64,000 nt of DNA from a virus, in the IMG/VR virus record IMGVR_UViG_3300005095_000173, positions 12,786 through 76,785 of that record. One strand, written 5' to 3'. Shown in pieces: positions 46,502-56,039 of this stretch (positions are counted from its first letter, which is position 1; every line of letters begins with the position of its first letter). The notes beneath the pieces are model-generated. The model was not told where the DNA came from. It made no database searches and saw only the letters and a list, made by a program, of their open reading frames with translations. The position numbers and the translations under genes are program-made.

Positions 46502-47230
46502 CTAAAGCGTTGCTCCTCGCAATTTTTTTAATTCCTCCATAGGAATATCTATTGCCATATATGCAGATATAAATTGATCTCTAATTTTTACTGGTAACTG
46601 TGTTACTTGCTCTGGAGATTTGAAAACTCTCTTTGTATATTCTGGATCTTGAAATGTTCCATAATAAACACAAGCGTCAAGAAATCTTTCTTCTAACTCT
46701 TTGGAAACAACTACTTCTGTAACTCTATTTTCAAGAAGACGTTTTAGATCTTCCTTTGTCATCTTGCTTAATTCTAGACGACGCAGTTTTACTTCTGTAT
46801 TCAATCTTTCATTTATTGCTTCAGCTAATTTCTTTGGATATTCATCAATTTGTTTCTGATACTCTACCCACTCAATTGTACTTGCGTCTTCATCAGGTTC
46901 TTTTGGAAATGGAACATTAGTTTCACGAGTTGCTATTTTCTGAAGATTAGGAAGTTCATACATCAATATCATATTTATAATATCTTCTTTTTTAGCTTTA
47001 TTTATATTTGGCATATATGCTGTATGTAAGTCAGAGTTCTTTCTATATAATTCTTCTTTAATGATGTTTGCTTTTCTAAGAGCATACACCCGTGCTTTAT
47101 TCATTTCTTCATCAGATACAACCCGCACATATACATCCATAGAATTTCCACCAGGTAATGTTATCGTGAACACATCTCCCCAGTGAAATAATTTTGTAAC
47201 ATCAACATCATTCTTTTCTGGTGTTATCAT
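46502..47230 (-). CDS. tail assembly chaperone
   Basis: between major tail protein and tape measure; RBS before MITPEK; ends ELKKL at the slippery site. Confidence 0.75.
   Translation of the reverse strand: MITPEKNDVDVTKLFHWGDVFTITLPGGNSMDVYVRVVSDEEMNKARVYALRKANIIKEELYRKNSDLHTAYMPNINKAKKEDIINMILMYELPNLQKIATRETNVPFPKEPDEDASTIEWVEYQKQIDEYPKKLAEAINERLNTEVKLRRLELSKMTKEDLKRLLENRVTEVVVSKELEERFLDACVYYGTFQDPEYTKRVFKSPEQVTQLPVKIRDQFISAYMAIDIPMEELKKLRGATL
46523..46529 (-). other. -1 programmed frameshift site A AAA AAA
   Basis: TTA AAA AAA TTG; -1 frame reads KKIARSNALASMWAV into the next ORF. Confidence 0.75.
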
Positions 47231-47263
47231 TTTTCCTTTCCTCCTCATAAGTTTAATTAAATA

Positions 47264-47302
47264 GAGGCTAACACACATAGACATTACTTGCGTGTTAGCC
47301 CC
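47264..47302 (-). terminator. hairpin after the major tail gene
   Basis: GGGGCTAACAC.../...GTGTTAGCCTC stem. Confidence 0.55.
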
Positions 47303-47335
47303 TCAAAAAATCCCTTAATGCTAATCTATGATATT

Positions 47336-48541
47336 TTATTCACGAGCACCACTGTAAACAATTACTTTGGCATCGGTGGAGCGGAATTGAAATTCAACCA
47401 CACCGTTCTCGTTTACATTATAAGTATTGGTATCACCAACAATTTCAATACTTGGTAAGTAGTAAGTCTTTAGAACAGTACCACTTGCAGTAGTATCGCA
47501 TGGGTCGTAAAGTTTTATTTCTAGATCTAGACCAGCGGCAGAACAACCTTCACCTACGCTCCACTCAACATCACCAGAGTTTACACTACCAGATAATAGC
47601 AGGTCAATTAATTCAGTATCAGTATCAAGTACACGAATTCTACCATCTACTGAAGGAACCTGTCGTTGATAACCAACAACAGAACGAGTACCCATTTCAC
47701 GTACTTCTTGTACCTGCATGTTACCATTAATTGTAACTGATTGTACTCTTGGAATATTATTGGAGCTAATTACGATGCCAATATCGCCACCTTTAATTGC
47801 AGCGGGCATTGTGTCATCACTAATATCAACCCAGTTATCGCCAGAAGGATCTGCACGATAAACAATTAGAATTTGTGAAGTTAGCGCATCGTAAGTATTT
47901 ACAGTATTGTTTGAACTGTCGTAACTGTACTCACCTGGATTCATATTAGCAGGATCATCTGCCTTTACTAGATAAGTACCATCAAGAATTACTGATAGAA
48001 TATAATCGCCATTCTTTAGTTGAGTTGGTGTTTCACTTAGTGCAAATGAAGTAGCACCAACATCAGTAAACTTATCTACGATAACATCATTCTTGAAATA
48101 CCGCTTTTCAGAGCCAACAGCAGTGTAACTTTCTTCAGCTTCACCATCTACTGAGAAGTTATAAGTGAAGTCACGAATCTGCATTCTCTTGGTGTGAATG
48201 CTCTTTACATAATCGCTTTCACGAGCATCTTTAATATAGAGAATAAAATCAGCTTCACCAAGTTCCTGTGTAGATACACCTTCAGCTGGATAGTTATTTG
48301 CATCAACGCCAGTTAGTACTGAAAATAGTTTAATGCCAGTATCCAGTACAGTAAAGCTGAAAGTAGAGGTTTTAGGATCCTTTGAAATACCAGCGTGGTT
48401 TGGATTACCTAATTCGTCTACATCATTTACAGGAACATTTTCTTCAGCAGATACACGCTGAACTCTTGGAATGAAAGCAGCGTCACGAGGCCCAACAATT
48501 CGTAAGGCAACCTCTTTAGAGGCAACTGCTAATCTTGTCAT
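47336..48541 (-). CDS. major tail protein
   Basis: position, strong RBS; tube-like segments (VDELGN, VREMGT). Confidence 0.75.
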   Translation of the reverse strand: MTRLAVASKEVALRIVGPRDAAFIPRVQRVSAEENVPVNDVDELGNPNHAGISKDPKTSTFSFTVLDTGIKLFSVLTGVDANNYPAEGVSTQELGEADFILYIKDARESDYVKSIHTKRMQIRDFTYNFSVDGEAEESYTAVGSEKRYFKNDVIVDKFTDVGATSFALSETPTQLKNGDYILSVILDGTYLVKADDPANMNPGEYSYDSSNNTVNTYDALTSQILIVYRADPSGDNWVDISDDTMPAAIKGGDIGIVISSNNIPRVQSVTINGNMQVQEVREMGTRSVVGYQRQVPSVDGRIRVLDTDTELIDLLLSGSVNSGDVEWSVGEGCSAAGLDLEIKLYDPCDTTASGTVLKTYYLPSIEIVGDTNTYNVNENGVVEFQFRSTDAKVIVYSGARE

Positions 48542-48553
48542 TTCATTTCCTCC

Positions 48554-49015
48554 TTAGTCACTCTTATAAGTTGCAGAATAGTAAATATCTGCAATTCTAT
48601 ATAACATACTAACCTGGCTTGGATCGATTTGAGGAATTTTTATTGATACACGTTTTGGTTCAAGGCACCCAATTTGATCTGGGTCTACATCTGGTGGAAA
48701 TCCTTGATTATAATCATATACAGGAACTTTATTCTTGAATAAATTGCCACCAACTAAATATGCTAAGTGGTCTCTTTGGGTTTTATTCTTAGCATAAACA
48801 TAAATGATCCAGCCTCTTGTTACTATGCTAACATTCGTTCCTAACTCTAGTCTGTTAAATTCAGCAGTTCTATTTTCAACTGCGATTATTGGAATATCTT
48901 TTTCGGTTATTGGTTTTTCTGGAAATCCATCAACAACCTTTACTGAATCAGGAACTATTTCTTTTATGTAATTAACTACAGAAATATCTTGTAGTCTTTC
49001 CACCAACATTGTCAT
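48554..49015 (-). CDS. tail terminator / completion protein
   Basis: position; VVDGFP, YVYAKNKTQRD. Confidence 0.65.
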   Translation of the reverse strand: MTMLVERLQDISVVNYIKEIVPDSVKVVDGFPEKPITEKDIPIIAVENRTAEFNRLELGTNVSIVTRGWIIYVYAKNKTQRDHLAYLVGGNLFKNKVPVYDYNQGFPPDVDPDQIGCLEPKRVSIKIPQIDPSQVSMLYRIADIYYSATYKSD

Positions 49016-50019
49016 AATCGTTTCCTTCCATTTCTTTGGAGAGAGTATCTCAGTCCTAATTTCCCGCTTTTGGTTTTGACAACCTCATAATATCTCTCTC
49101 CTATATTAATTATAACACCAATAGACTTATTTATGTTAGTTCTTGCTCCTCTAGAAGCAATATTCTCTAGTTCATCAACTGTAACTTTCTCTAAAGCTTT
49201 AGATAAACTATCAGTTAGTTGTATTCCATATTTACTAAATATTACATCTAATGAATTTTTATACTCATCATAAGCTTTTCTGAAAATAGAATCAATAATA
49301 GAGGATAATGCTTCTGTTAACCTATCTGCAAGCTCTACTGTATAAATTCCCTTTGACCCATAACTTGGATGGGGGAAACCTCCCTCAGAGACGTCTCCCC
49401 ACTGTCCACCACCAGTACCTTGCTCCAACGCAAAAATAAACGCGGCGGAATCAATAGGTAGTTCATCAAGTCTCATTTGAGCAGTTTCATCATACAAGTC
49501 AGAATCATATACTACATTTTTCCAGTATTCAGATCTTAGTTTTGGTAATATCTTCAAATACCCAGAATTATCTTTATACTTTGGATTTGGATCTTTTCTA
49601 ACTCTATCTCTTACAGCTAGAATGGCTACTTTCCAGTCACTAAATGTACCAAGAGCATCATCAGCAATCTCTATAGAACTGAGTAAAGTTCCTGAAATTC
49701 CATCAGATAAAATAATATCAAAATAAAATTCTCCAAGATCCATTACCTGTTCTATTCTGTATGGATACCCTTCATAGTGATCAAATTCAGTACCAGTAGC
49801 TAAATCTTTAAATACTGACTTCCCTAACTCTTTCGTGAGCGTATATAATTTCTCATCAGGATCATTATATAAATATTCTATTGTTTTGTCTCTTGCGAGA
49901 TTATATAGTGCAGTATCAATATTGCCATCAATCTTTAATTTTGAGACTGATGGCAATACTTCTCTAGTAACAGCAGTTTCTATATCACTTAGTATCTTCT
50001 GAACTTCGGTAATCTTCAT
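49012..50019 (-). CDS. neck / tail-completion protein
   Basis: position; ALEQGT motif. Confidence 0.5.
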   Translation of the reverse strand: MKITEVQKILSDIETAVTREVLPSVSKLKIDGNIDTALYNLARDKTIEYLYNDPDEKLYTLTKELGKSVFKDLATGTEFDHYEGYPYRIEQVMDLGEFYFDIILSDGISGTLLSSIEIADDALGTFSDWKVAILAVRDRVRKDPNPKYKDNSGYLKILPKLRSEYWKNVVYDSDLYDETAQMRLDELPIDSAAFIFALEQGTGGGQWGDVSEGGFPHPSYGSKGIYTVELADRLTEALSSIIDSIFRKAYDEYKNSLDVIFSKYGIQLTDSLSKALEKVTVDELENIASRGARTNINKSIGVIINIGERYYEVVKTKSGKLGLRYSLQRNGRKRL

Positions 50020-50242
50020 CGTTTAGGAATACTCTCACAAGAGTTCTTGATAAATCATTGAATCCATCTAATATATATTTTCTGATTAATTTATATTTTT
50101 CATCTTCTGATAAATTGTTGTCCTTTTGGACACGTTCAATATTATTCAATGTAATTTTGATGTATTGTCTATTTATTTTATCTATTGCGTTTATAAGCCC
50201 TAATACATCAATGCCTTGAATTGTGACTGAATAATTTCCCAT
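49985..50242 (-). CDS. hypothetical protein
   Basis: IRKYILDGFND; in head-tail region. Confidence 0.6.
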   Translation of the reverse strand: MGNYSVTIQGIDVLGLINAIDKINRQYIKITLNNIERVQKDNNLSEDEKYKLIRKYILDGFNDLSRTLVRVFLNDEDYRSSEDTK

Positions 50243-50245
50243 CCT

Positions 50246-50695
50246 TTAGTCCTCCTCTGATTCATATTCTTGAAGAACCAGAATAACTCTATTTATTTCT
50301 GGAACTCCTCTGTAAATTGTTTTCTTCAATTCAAATTTATTTCCATCAACAAGAATGTATTTAGTTGAATCTAATATTTCTTCCATGTTCCCAGAGTATT
50401 CTATCTGAGCAGTAACATCAGCATCCAATACTGTACCAGCAGGAAGCCAATCAACTTCTTGACCGCTTTTCCAAAATACGTGTGCTTTCTTAACAAGTCC
50501 GCTTTCAATTGGTATCCAATAATTACCAGAACACACAGGACAAAATGGATCCGTAGAAGTATTATTCACTGGGTCAAGAGAACACACTGGGCATTCTGTA
50601 ACTCCAGCACTGTACACAATAGTAATATCTCTACCGATTGCCTCTCTTATAGCGTTTATTACATCTCTTGTATTTGATGGAAATGTTATTCTCAT
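50246..50695 (-). CDS. head closure protein with Zn-finger
   Basis: CPVC...CPVCSG insertion; position. Confidence 0.6.
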   Translation of the reverse strand: MRITFPSNTRDVINAIREAIGRDITIVYSAGVTECPVCSLDPVNNTSTDPFCPVCSGNYWIPIESGLVKKAHVFWKSGQEVDWLPAGTVLDADVTAQIEYSGNMEEILDSTKYILVDGNKFELKKTIYRGVPEINRVILVLQEYESEED

Positions 50696-50697
50696 TT

Positions 50698-51825
50698 CTA
50701 AAATCTACTCCAAAATTGATTGGCTATTCTATCCCAATCAAAATAATCAGAATTAAATTTGTTCTCTGTATCCTTAGCTACTTTATCATAAAAATGTTTA
50801 TCTGAGTATAACTTATTCATTGCCTCTGCAACATCATTTGGATGTACTAGACTAAATTCAGTATTTGTTACTGGAGCTGCAATTTCCAATACTGGGTCAA
50901 CAGTAACACCAATATCACCAAACAATTCTCCACTCGCTGAATTATTAGGAACAATTTGTGGAACACCCAGTTTTCCCATTTCGATAGCTGTAAGACCAAA
51001 ACCCTCTCCCTCAGAAGTATTAACTCCAACATCAGCTATATTGAATATTTGGTTTAATACTTCATCTGGGACTGTTTGAATTCCTGGAGACATACTCGTA
51101 AGTATTAGTTTATCTTCTATCCCATATCTCTTGGCTAGTTTTACTAAATCCCAGCCAGAATCTTTTACTCCCATGTGGAGATACAATCTTACATCGTCTT
51201 TATCTTTAGCAAAAATGCTAAAGGCTTTCATTGTAATATCAATGCGCTTTCGTGGTTGATTTCTATTTGCGTTTAGAATTACAAAGTAATCCCCACCAGC
51301 AATTTGTTTCTTAAGCTCAGATACATTATCCAACTTATGAAAATGTGTATCTACACCATGAGGTAAAATTTCAATCTTACCAATATCGTATACTTTCTTA
51401 GTCTCTCGTAAAGCAAATTCAGTATATGTAAAAATATGATCTACATATTTTGGAAATAAAGAGAAATATTCTGGATCCAAATATTTTGAATCTACAGGAT
51501 AATATACATATACTGGTATTCCTTCTATATTATTTTGTAATAATGCAGTCAGATATTTGCTAATTACATTAATATCATTGAATAAAAATATGACATCTGG
51601 CTTTATCTTTTTTACTAACTTTGGTAATCTTCCAATCCCATAAAAGTCACCACCTGGATATGCTGGATACATTCTATGTTTGAAATTATGTGGATCGCCA
51701 TAATAATTAATAGCCAGATGATGAACTTCAATGTCATCTGGCACTCTATCAATAAGATTATGGGCTACACGAGAAAACCCAGTTGGAACATATCCGTCTG
51801 AAACCCATAGTACCTTTTTCATCAT
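50698..51825 (-). CDS. GT-B family 4 glycosyltransferase
   Basis: TGFSRV, PHGVD, NRNQPRKRID, EGFGLTAIE. Confidence 0.9.
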   Translation of the reverse strand: MMKKVLWVSDGYVPTGFSRVAHNLIDRVPDDIEVHHLAINYYGDPHNFKHRMYPAYPGGDFYGIGRLPKLVKKIKPDVIFLFNDINVISKYLTALLQNNIEGIPVYVYYPVDSKYLDPEYFSLFPKYVDHIFTYTEFALRETKKVYDIGKIEILPHGVDTHFHKLDNVSELKKQIAGGDYFVILNANRNQPRKRIDITMKAFSIFAKDKDDVRLYLHMGVKDSGWDLVKLAKRYGIEDKLILTSMSPGIQTVPDEVLNQIFNIADVGVNTSEGEGFGLTAIEMGKLGVPQIVPNNSASGELFGDIGVTVDPVLEIAAPVTNTEFSLVHPNDVAEAMNKLYSDKHFYDKVAKDTENKFNSDYFDWDRIANQFWSRF

Positions 51826-51855
51826 TCCTCTCCTTTTATTGTAGTCTGCTATGTA

Positions 51856-52125
51856 CTAATTAGTTGTCCATTTCTTACCTAAATCATATAAGCCGCAAGC
51901 AGTCATGCCGCCTACTAATACAATAAATGCTCCCTGAATATAAATTTGAGTAGCTGGGAAAGCTACATAAGCCCAAGCCATCAAAGCAATTACAGCGCCA
52001 ACTACAAACGAAGCGGCGGTCAGCTTTTCACCGTCTAAACCAAATTTCTTTAGAAACTCTACCATGCCCATGATAACAGGAACTACTGCTACTACTGGTA
52101 GAATTAAGTCGTTTAGATTTAACAT
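51856..52125 (-). CDS. holin-like membrane protein
   Basis: VEFLKK, 2-3 TM, GMTACGLYD. Confidence 0.65.
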   Translation of the reverse strand: MLNLNDLILPVVAVVPVIMGMVEFLKKFGLDGEKLTAASFVVGAVIALMAWAYVAFPATQIYIQGAFIVLVGGMTACGLYDLGKKWTTN

Positions 52126-52137
52126 TGTCTTCCTCCT

Positions 52138-52689
52138 TTAGTTATCCTTCCAAGGTTCGTCTTTAGGATTCATCTCTAAATCATTTCTAAATCCTGTTAG
52201 TAATACACCTTTTCCTCTGCGTGCTTTGAATGCAACTCTTTGAGAAGGTGGTTTCAGATAATACATTAGTAATTCCCAATCTCTTTTCAAAGATTCTACT
52301 GCTGCCTTGCTTCCTTCTGTATTAGAATAATAAATCTCTGCGTCTCTCCAAGTACCTACATTCCAAACATTATTTTGAATAACACCGCTCTTTATTATAA
52401 TAGAAGCCATAATAACAATAATAAAATCATCTCCAGGTTCTATTACTGGTGGTTCTTCAAACTTATAGGTTTTTACATAATTCTCATTTCTAATTATATT
52501 GCAATCTTCATCCAAAAGATATTTAAAGTTCCACCATCTAGCTAATGAATTTACAGAAGAAGCGAGTGCATTAAGCAACCATTGGTCAGTATATTGATAG
52601 GCTTCCGAATTCATATCGCCTATATACTGACGCAATTGTGGTATGAGTTCACTGAGATTGGATTCTAATGGTACTTGTGAGCAAGTCAT
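52138..52689 (-). CDS. head-tail adaptor
   Basis: LRQYIGD...YTDQWL gp6/gp15-like N-terminus. Confidence 0.65.
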   Translation of the reverse strand: MTCSQVPLESNLSELIPQLRQYIGDMNSEAYQYTDQWLLNALASSVNSLARWWNFKYLLDEDCNIIRNENYVKTYKFEEPPVIEPGDDFIIVIMASIIIKSGVIQNNVWNVGTWRDAEIYYSNTEGSKAAVESLKRDWELLMYYLKPPSQRVAFKARRGKGVLLTGFRNDLEMNPKDEPWKDN

Positions 52690-53246
52690 TCTTTCTTAGT
52701 TCCCTTCTTCTTTTTAGTAGTAGGTTTCTTGTATTCTTCTTCTGGTTCTGGTTCTTGTGGTGTTCTTGCAATTGCAAGAGATTCAATTCTACCATTGATT
52801 GCCTTGATATAAGATTGTGGTGCGTCAATCTCTTTACCTACTTCAATCAGGTCAGTAAGAAATTCAATATCATTTACACGATTGATAAAAGATCTAAATG
52901 CCATAAATGAACGATCAAATAATTCAATCTTATCTTTCTTTGTATAATTTGCGTAGATACCGCGTTCCTTATTCAGCTCTACCTCTTCACGAGAAATCTC
53001 ATGAATCCATCCAGTACTAATAAGCCGCTTATTCATTTTTTCAAAATATGAAATTTGCTTATCATCCCATAAATCAACAAAACAAGTCTCTTCGTACTTT
53101 CTTGGATCACCTTCAAGAATTACTTCCTCTGGTTTTTCATCAAAAGGATTTAATACCTTTACAACTACTTTACCTAATTGAGACTTGATATATGTTTTCT
53201 TTGGACGCTCAGTTTGCATAGCGGCATAAACTTGTAAATCACCCAT
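52686..53246 (-). CDS. hypothetical protein after the capsid gene
   Basis: RBS; basic C-terminal tail. Confidence 0.65.
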   Translation of the reverse strand: MGDLQVYAAMQTERPKKTYIKSQLGKVVVKVLNPFDEKPEEVILEGDPRKYEETCFVDLWDDKQISYFEKMNKRLISTGWIHEISREEVELNKERGIYANYTKKDKIELFDRSFMAFRSFINRVNDIEFLTDLIEVGKEIDAPQSYIKAINGRIESLAIARTPQEPEPEEEYKKPTTKKKKGTKKE

Positions 53247-53264
53247 TCCTTTTTCCTCCTTATG

Positions 53265-53298
53265 AAAAATACAGGGGGAGGAGAAATTTCCTCCCCCT
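53265..53298 (-). terminator. terminator after the major capsid gene
   Basis: AGGGGGAGGA/TCCTCCCCCT stem followed by GTATTTTT. Confidence 0.75.
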
Positions 53299-53313
53299 TT
53301 ATCTAACTAAAAC

Positions 53314-54225
53314 TTATGGAGTTACTTCGATTACGTGAATACCCATAGCTTTGTCAATAATTAGACCAAACTGTTGGTACACACGTAGATACCATTGAGG
53401 TGGAATCTTCTGACGTTCAGTCCACTCGTCCCATTTGGGATCACCGAAAGTAATAAAGTCACCAACATTCTCACCAATTACTAGAACATAGTTATCAGGA
53501 ATTAGAGCATTGTAATCTTCAGGGTTATCATATTCCTGTGGGATAGCAACAATAGGTGCACCGTAATAATTACCTAAGAAGCCAGTGCTCATAAGTTCAC
53601 GAATGTTGTCATCTACACCCCATACATTGGAACCGTCTGATACAAATGCACCAAACTTAGTAATAGGAGTTAGAGCGGAACGAGTACCTACTACTGCACG
53701 TACACTACCAACAGTGTTGTTAATATTCTGAATAGCATCTTCAAGAGCAGTTGCAGTTAGTGGGCCACCAACATTAGTATAGTTGGATGGAGTATTAGTA
53801 GCATTCCATACACTGGAAAGAGCAGTAAATACTTTACCAAGATAAAAGTCACGAAGACGTGCTTGCATCTCAGAACGAATTTCCTGTACTGTACCAATAT
53901 CGCCTTTTTCAAGTTCCCATTCATTAGCGGTTACTTGAATATAAGCACCATCTAACTGCCAATTTACACGCTCGTTTACAACGAGTTCTTCAGAAAGAGT
54001 ATCAGTACCAGGTACAAGTGTACGTACTTTCTTTACGCCCTTGCGGACTTTCTTTACTAAAGCATCACCAGGTTTTAGTTGGCGAGTATTTAGCAATAGG
54101 CCGACAAAATCTGTAGTAATATGAGAAGGATTTACATATTCTACAATAAGTTCGGCGAACTTAGTTTTATCCTGTTTAGCTACCTCGGCTAATGCCTTAT
54201 AGACTTCTAAATCTTTATTTTCCAT
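53314..54225 (-). CDS. major capsid protein (HK97 fold)
   Basis: position after protease and decoration genes; GFLGNYYGAPIV motif; 303 aa. Confidence 0.85.
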   Translation of the reverse strand: MENKDLEVYKALAEVAKQDKTKFAELIVEYVNPSHITTDFVGLLLNTRQLKPGDALVKKVRKGVKKVRTLVPGTDTLSEELVVNERVNWQLDGAYIQVTANEWELEKGDIGTVQEIRSEMQARLRDFYLGKVFTALSSVWNATNTPSNYTNVGGPLTATALEDAIQNINNTVGSVRAVVGTRSALTPITKFGAFVSDGSNVWGVDDNIRELMSTGFLGNYYGAPIVAIPQEYDNPEDYNALIPDNYVLVIGENVGDFITFGDPKWDEWTERQKIPPQWYLRVYQQFGLIIDKAMGIHVIEVTP

Positions 54226-54251
54226 AATCTTTATCTCCTCCGATTATTTTA

Positions 54252-54797
54252 TTATCCATAGATACGTAGGGTTAGAGTGCCGTCTTCATTCTTACGTACT
54301 ACCTGGAATTGAGTAGCAGTAGAAAGACCTACGCCCACAAACTTACCATCAGAATCTACGCTTAGATAAGAACCAGGTTTAATCTCAGTAGAATCTACAT
54401 AAGCATCAGTACCGACGGTAATAATTGAATCAGGACCTAAAGCAACAGCAAGTGTACCAGAAGGAACAACCTGAGTACCTTCTACTACTGCAGGATCAGT
54501 TAGATATACAGTAGCTTGGAAAGGAGCATTAGCAGGTTGATCAAAACCACCACGAAGTGCCCAGTCATAACGAGGGATTGGCTGGAATAGTGGATATTCA
54601 CGGTTGTCTGGTGCAAACATAATTACAAAAGCCATTAGGCTACCTTCACCAGCTTTTACAACCTTGGGAACATCACCACGAGAACCAAAGTCCCAATCCT
54701 CAGCATATTCACCAGTAAAAGTAATTGGGCTACCTTCGGGAATATCTTCATCAGTAATTACTGGAAGAGCAGTACCAAATTTGTTAACTTCTAACAT
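54252..54797 (-). CDS. head decoration protein
   Basis: position; IKPGSYLSVDSDGKF. Confidence 0.65.
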   Translation of the reverse strand: MLEVNKFGTALPVITDEDIPEGSPITFTGEYAEDWDFGSRGDVPKVVKAGEGSLMAFVIMFAPDNREYPLFQPIPRYDWALRGGFDQPANAPFQATVYLTDPAVVEGTQVVPSGTLAVALGPDSIITVGTDAYVDSTEIKPGSYLSVDSDGKFVGVGLSTATQFQVVRKNEDGTLTLRIYG

Positions 54798-54815
54798 TGT
54801 TTCCTCCTATATAAT

Positions 54816-56039
54816 TCATTTACCACGAATTAGTAGCCGAGCACGTTCTACTGGGTCATCTACACGATTTCCAGTTGGAACATCAAATACACCAGCAGAT
54901 GTTTGACGTTCACCTTCATCAGTCTCTTTTGCCTTCTCTTTTAGTTCGGCAAGAGCGGCTACCATTTCCTGTAACATGAAATCAAGAGCATCTTCGCTCA
55001 TAGCAAGTAGCTTTTCACGATTCTCTTCAAAATATTCATCAGGCTTTTCAATGCCTGCTTCAATAAACTTTTCTTTGATTGCTTTGAACCGAGCAATCTC
55101 AGCCTCTCGACGCTCTACTTCTTCTTTGTAGGCGCGAAGACTTTCTAATTCAGCCTCATATTCCTTCAGTTTATCTTCAAGTTCTTGAATTTTATTTAAG
55201 GCTTCGGCTAGTTTTTCTTCTTCCATCTCGGATTCCTCCTTAAGTTTTTCTAATAACTTTTTTGCCTTTTCAAGCAATTTCTTTCTTAGCTCTTCAGTCA
55301 ACCAGCCCTTGCCAGTATTTTCTTGGCTAAGTCTCTGAATAGCATTAACAAGATGAGCTCTATCAATCTTCCCATCTTTATCTTTATAAGGCAAATGTCG
55401 TAATCTTCGTGGAGTTGTTTTCCCTTCGTCATCTTTCTTTCCACCAGGTTCAATATACAAGAAAGCTGAATCTGGTAAATCATTAATATATTTTCTACTC
55501 CACTTTTCTGATTCTACGGTATCCTCAGCTACAGATAATACGGGTGTTCTACCTTGATATGCTGGAATATCTACGATAGTAGTTCCAAGAAGGGCTGTGC
55601 CTTTAAGTACTTCAGTGCCGTCCTCTTCAATCTCACTATCAGTATAAGCAATTTCCCAAGATAAGTCTATTTGTTCTCCGTTTTCAAATCGCTTAACAAT
55701 TTCTTTTACATCTTCTGGATGTTCAGTTTCCCACAAAGCTGCAAGACCTAAAATCTTATCGTCTTCTATCTTTAGATGAGTAATAGTACCAATTGGTCTT
55801 GCATTAAAATGTCTTCGTTCTGGACCATTCATTTCAGCCGTTTTTATTGGCATGTAATGACCAGTACGAATAAGATTAGGAAACTCTTCACGTGGGATAC
55901 GATTTCCATTAGCATTTGGTTTATCGTCAGTAAGAACGAACTTCATCCAGCGTACTAATGGATTTAGATTTAATCCAGCATATGCTTTATCATCTGAATT
56001 AGGATCTATTAATGATACATCTTTACACTTCAGTAACAT
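54816..56039 (-). CDS. prohead protease-scaffold fusion
   Basis: PNANG, H, LSWE, IPAY protease motifs; C-terminal coiled coil. Confidence 0.8.
   Translation of the reverse strand: MLLKCKDVSLIDPNSDDKAYAGLNLNPLVRWMKFVLTDDKPNANGNRIPREEFPNLIRTGHYMPIKTAEMNGPERRHFNARPIGTITHLKIEDDKILGLAALWETEHPEDVKEIVKRFENGEQIDLSWEIAYTDSEIEEDGTEVLKGTALLGTTIVDIPAYQGRTPVLSVAEDTVESEKWSRKYINDLPDSAFLYIEPGGKKDDEGKTTPRRLRHLPYKDKDGKIDRAHLVNAIQRLSQENTGKGWLTEELRKKLLEKAKKLLEKLKEESEMEEEKLAEALNKIQELEDKLKEYEAELESLRAYKEEVERREAEIARFKAIKEKFIEAGIEKPDEYFEENREKLLAMSEDALDFMLQEMVAALAELKEKAKETDEGERQTSAGVFDVPTGNRVDDPVERARLLIRGK

Noticed and set aside
47231-47284. N-terminal extension of the tail chaperone ORF
   Set aside because: Lies in the terminator hairpin; the RBS supports ATG 47230
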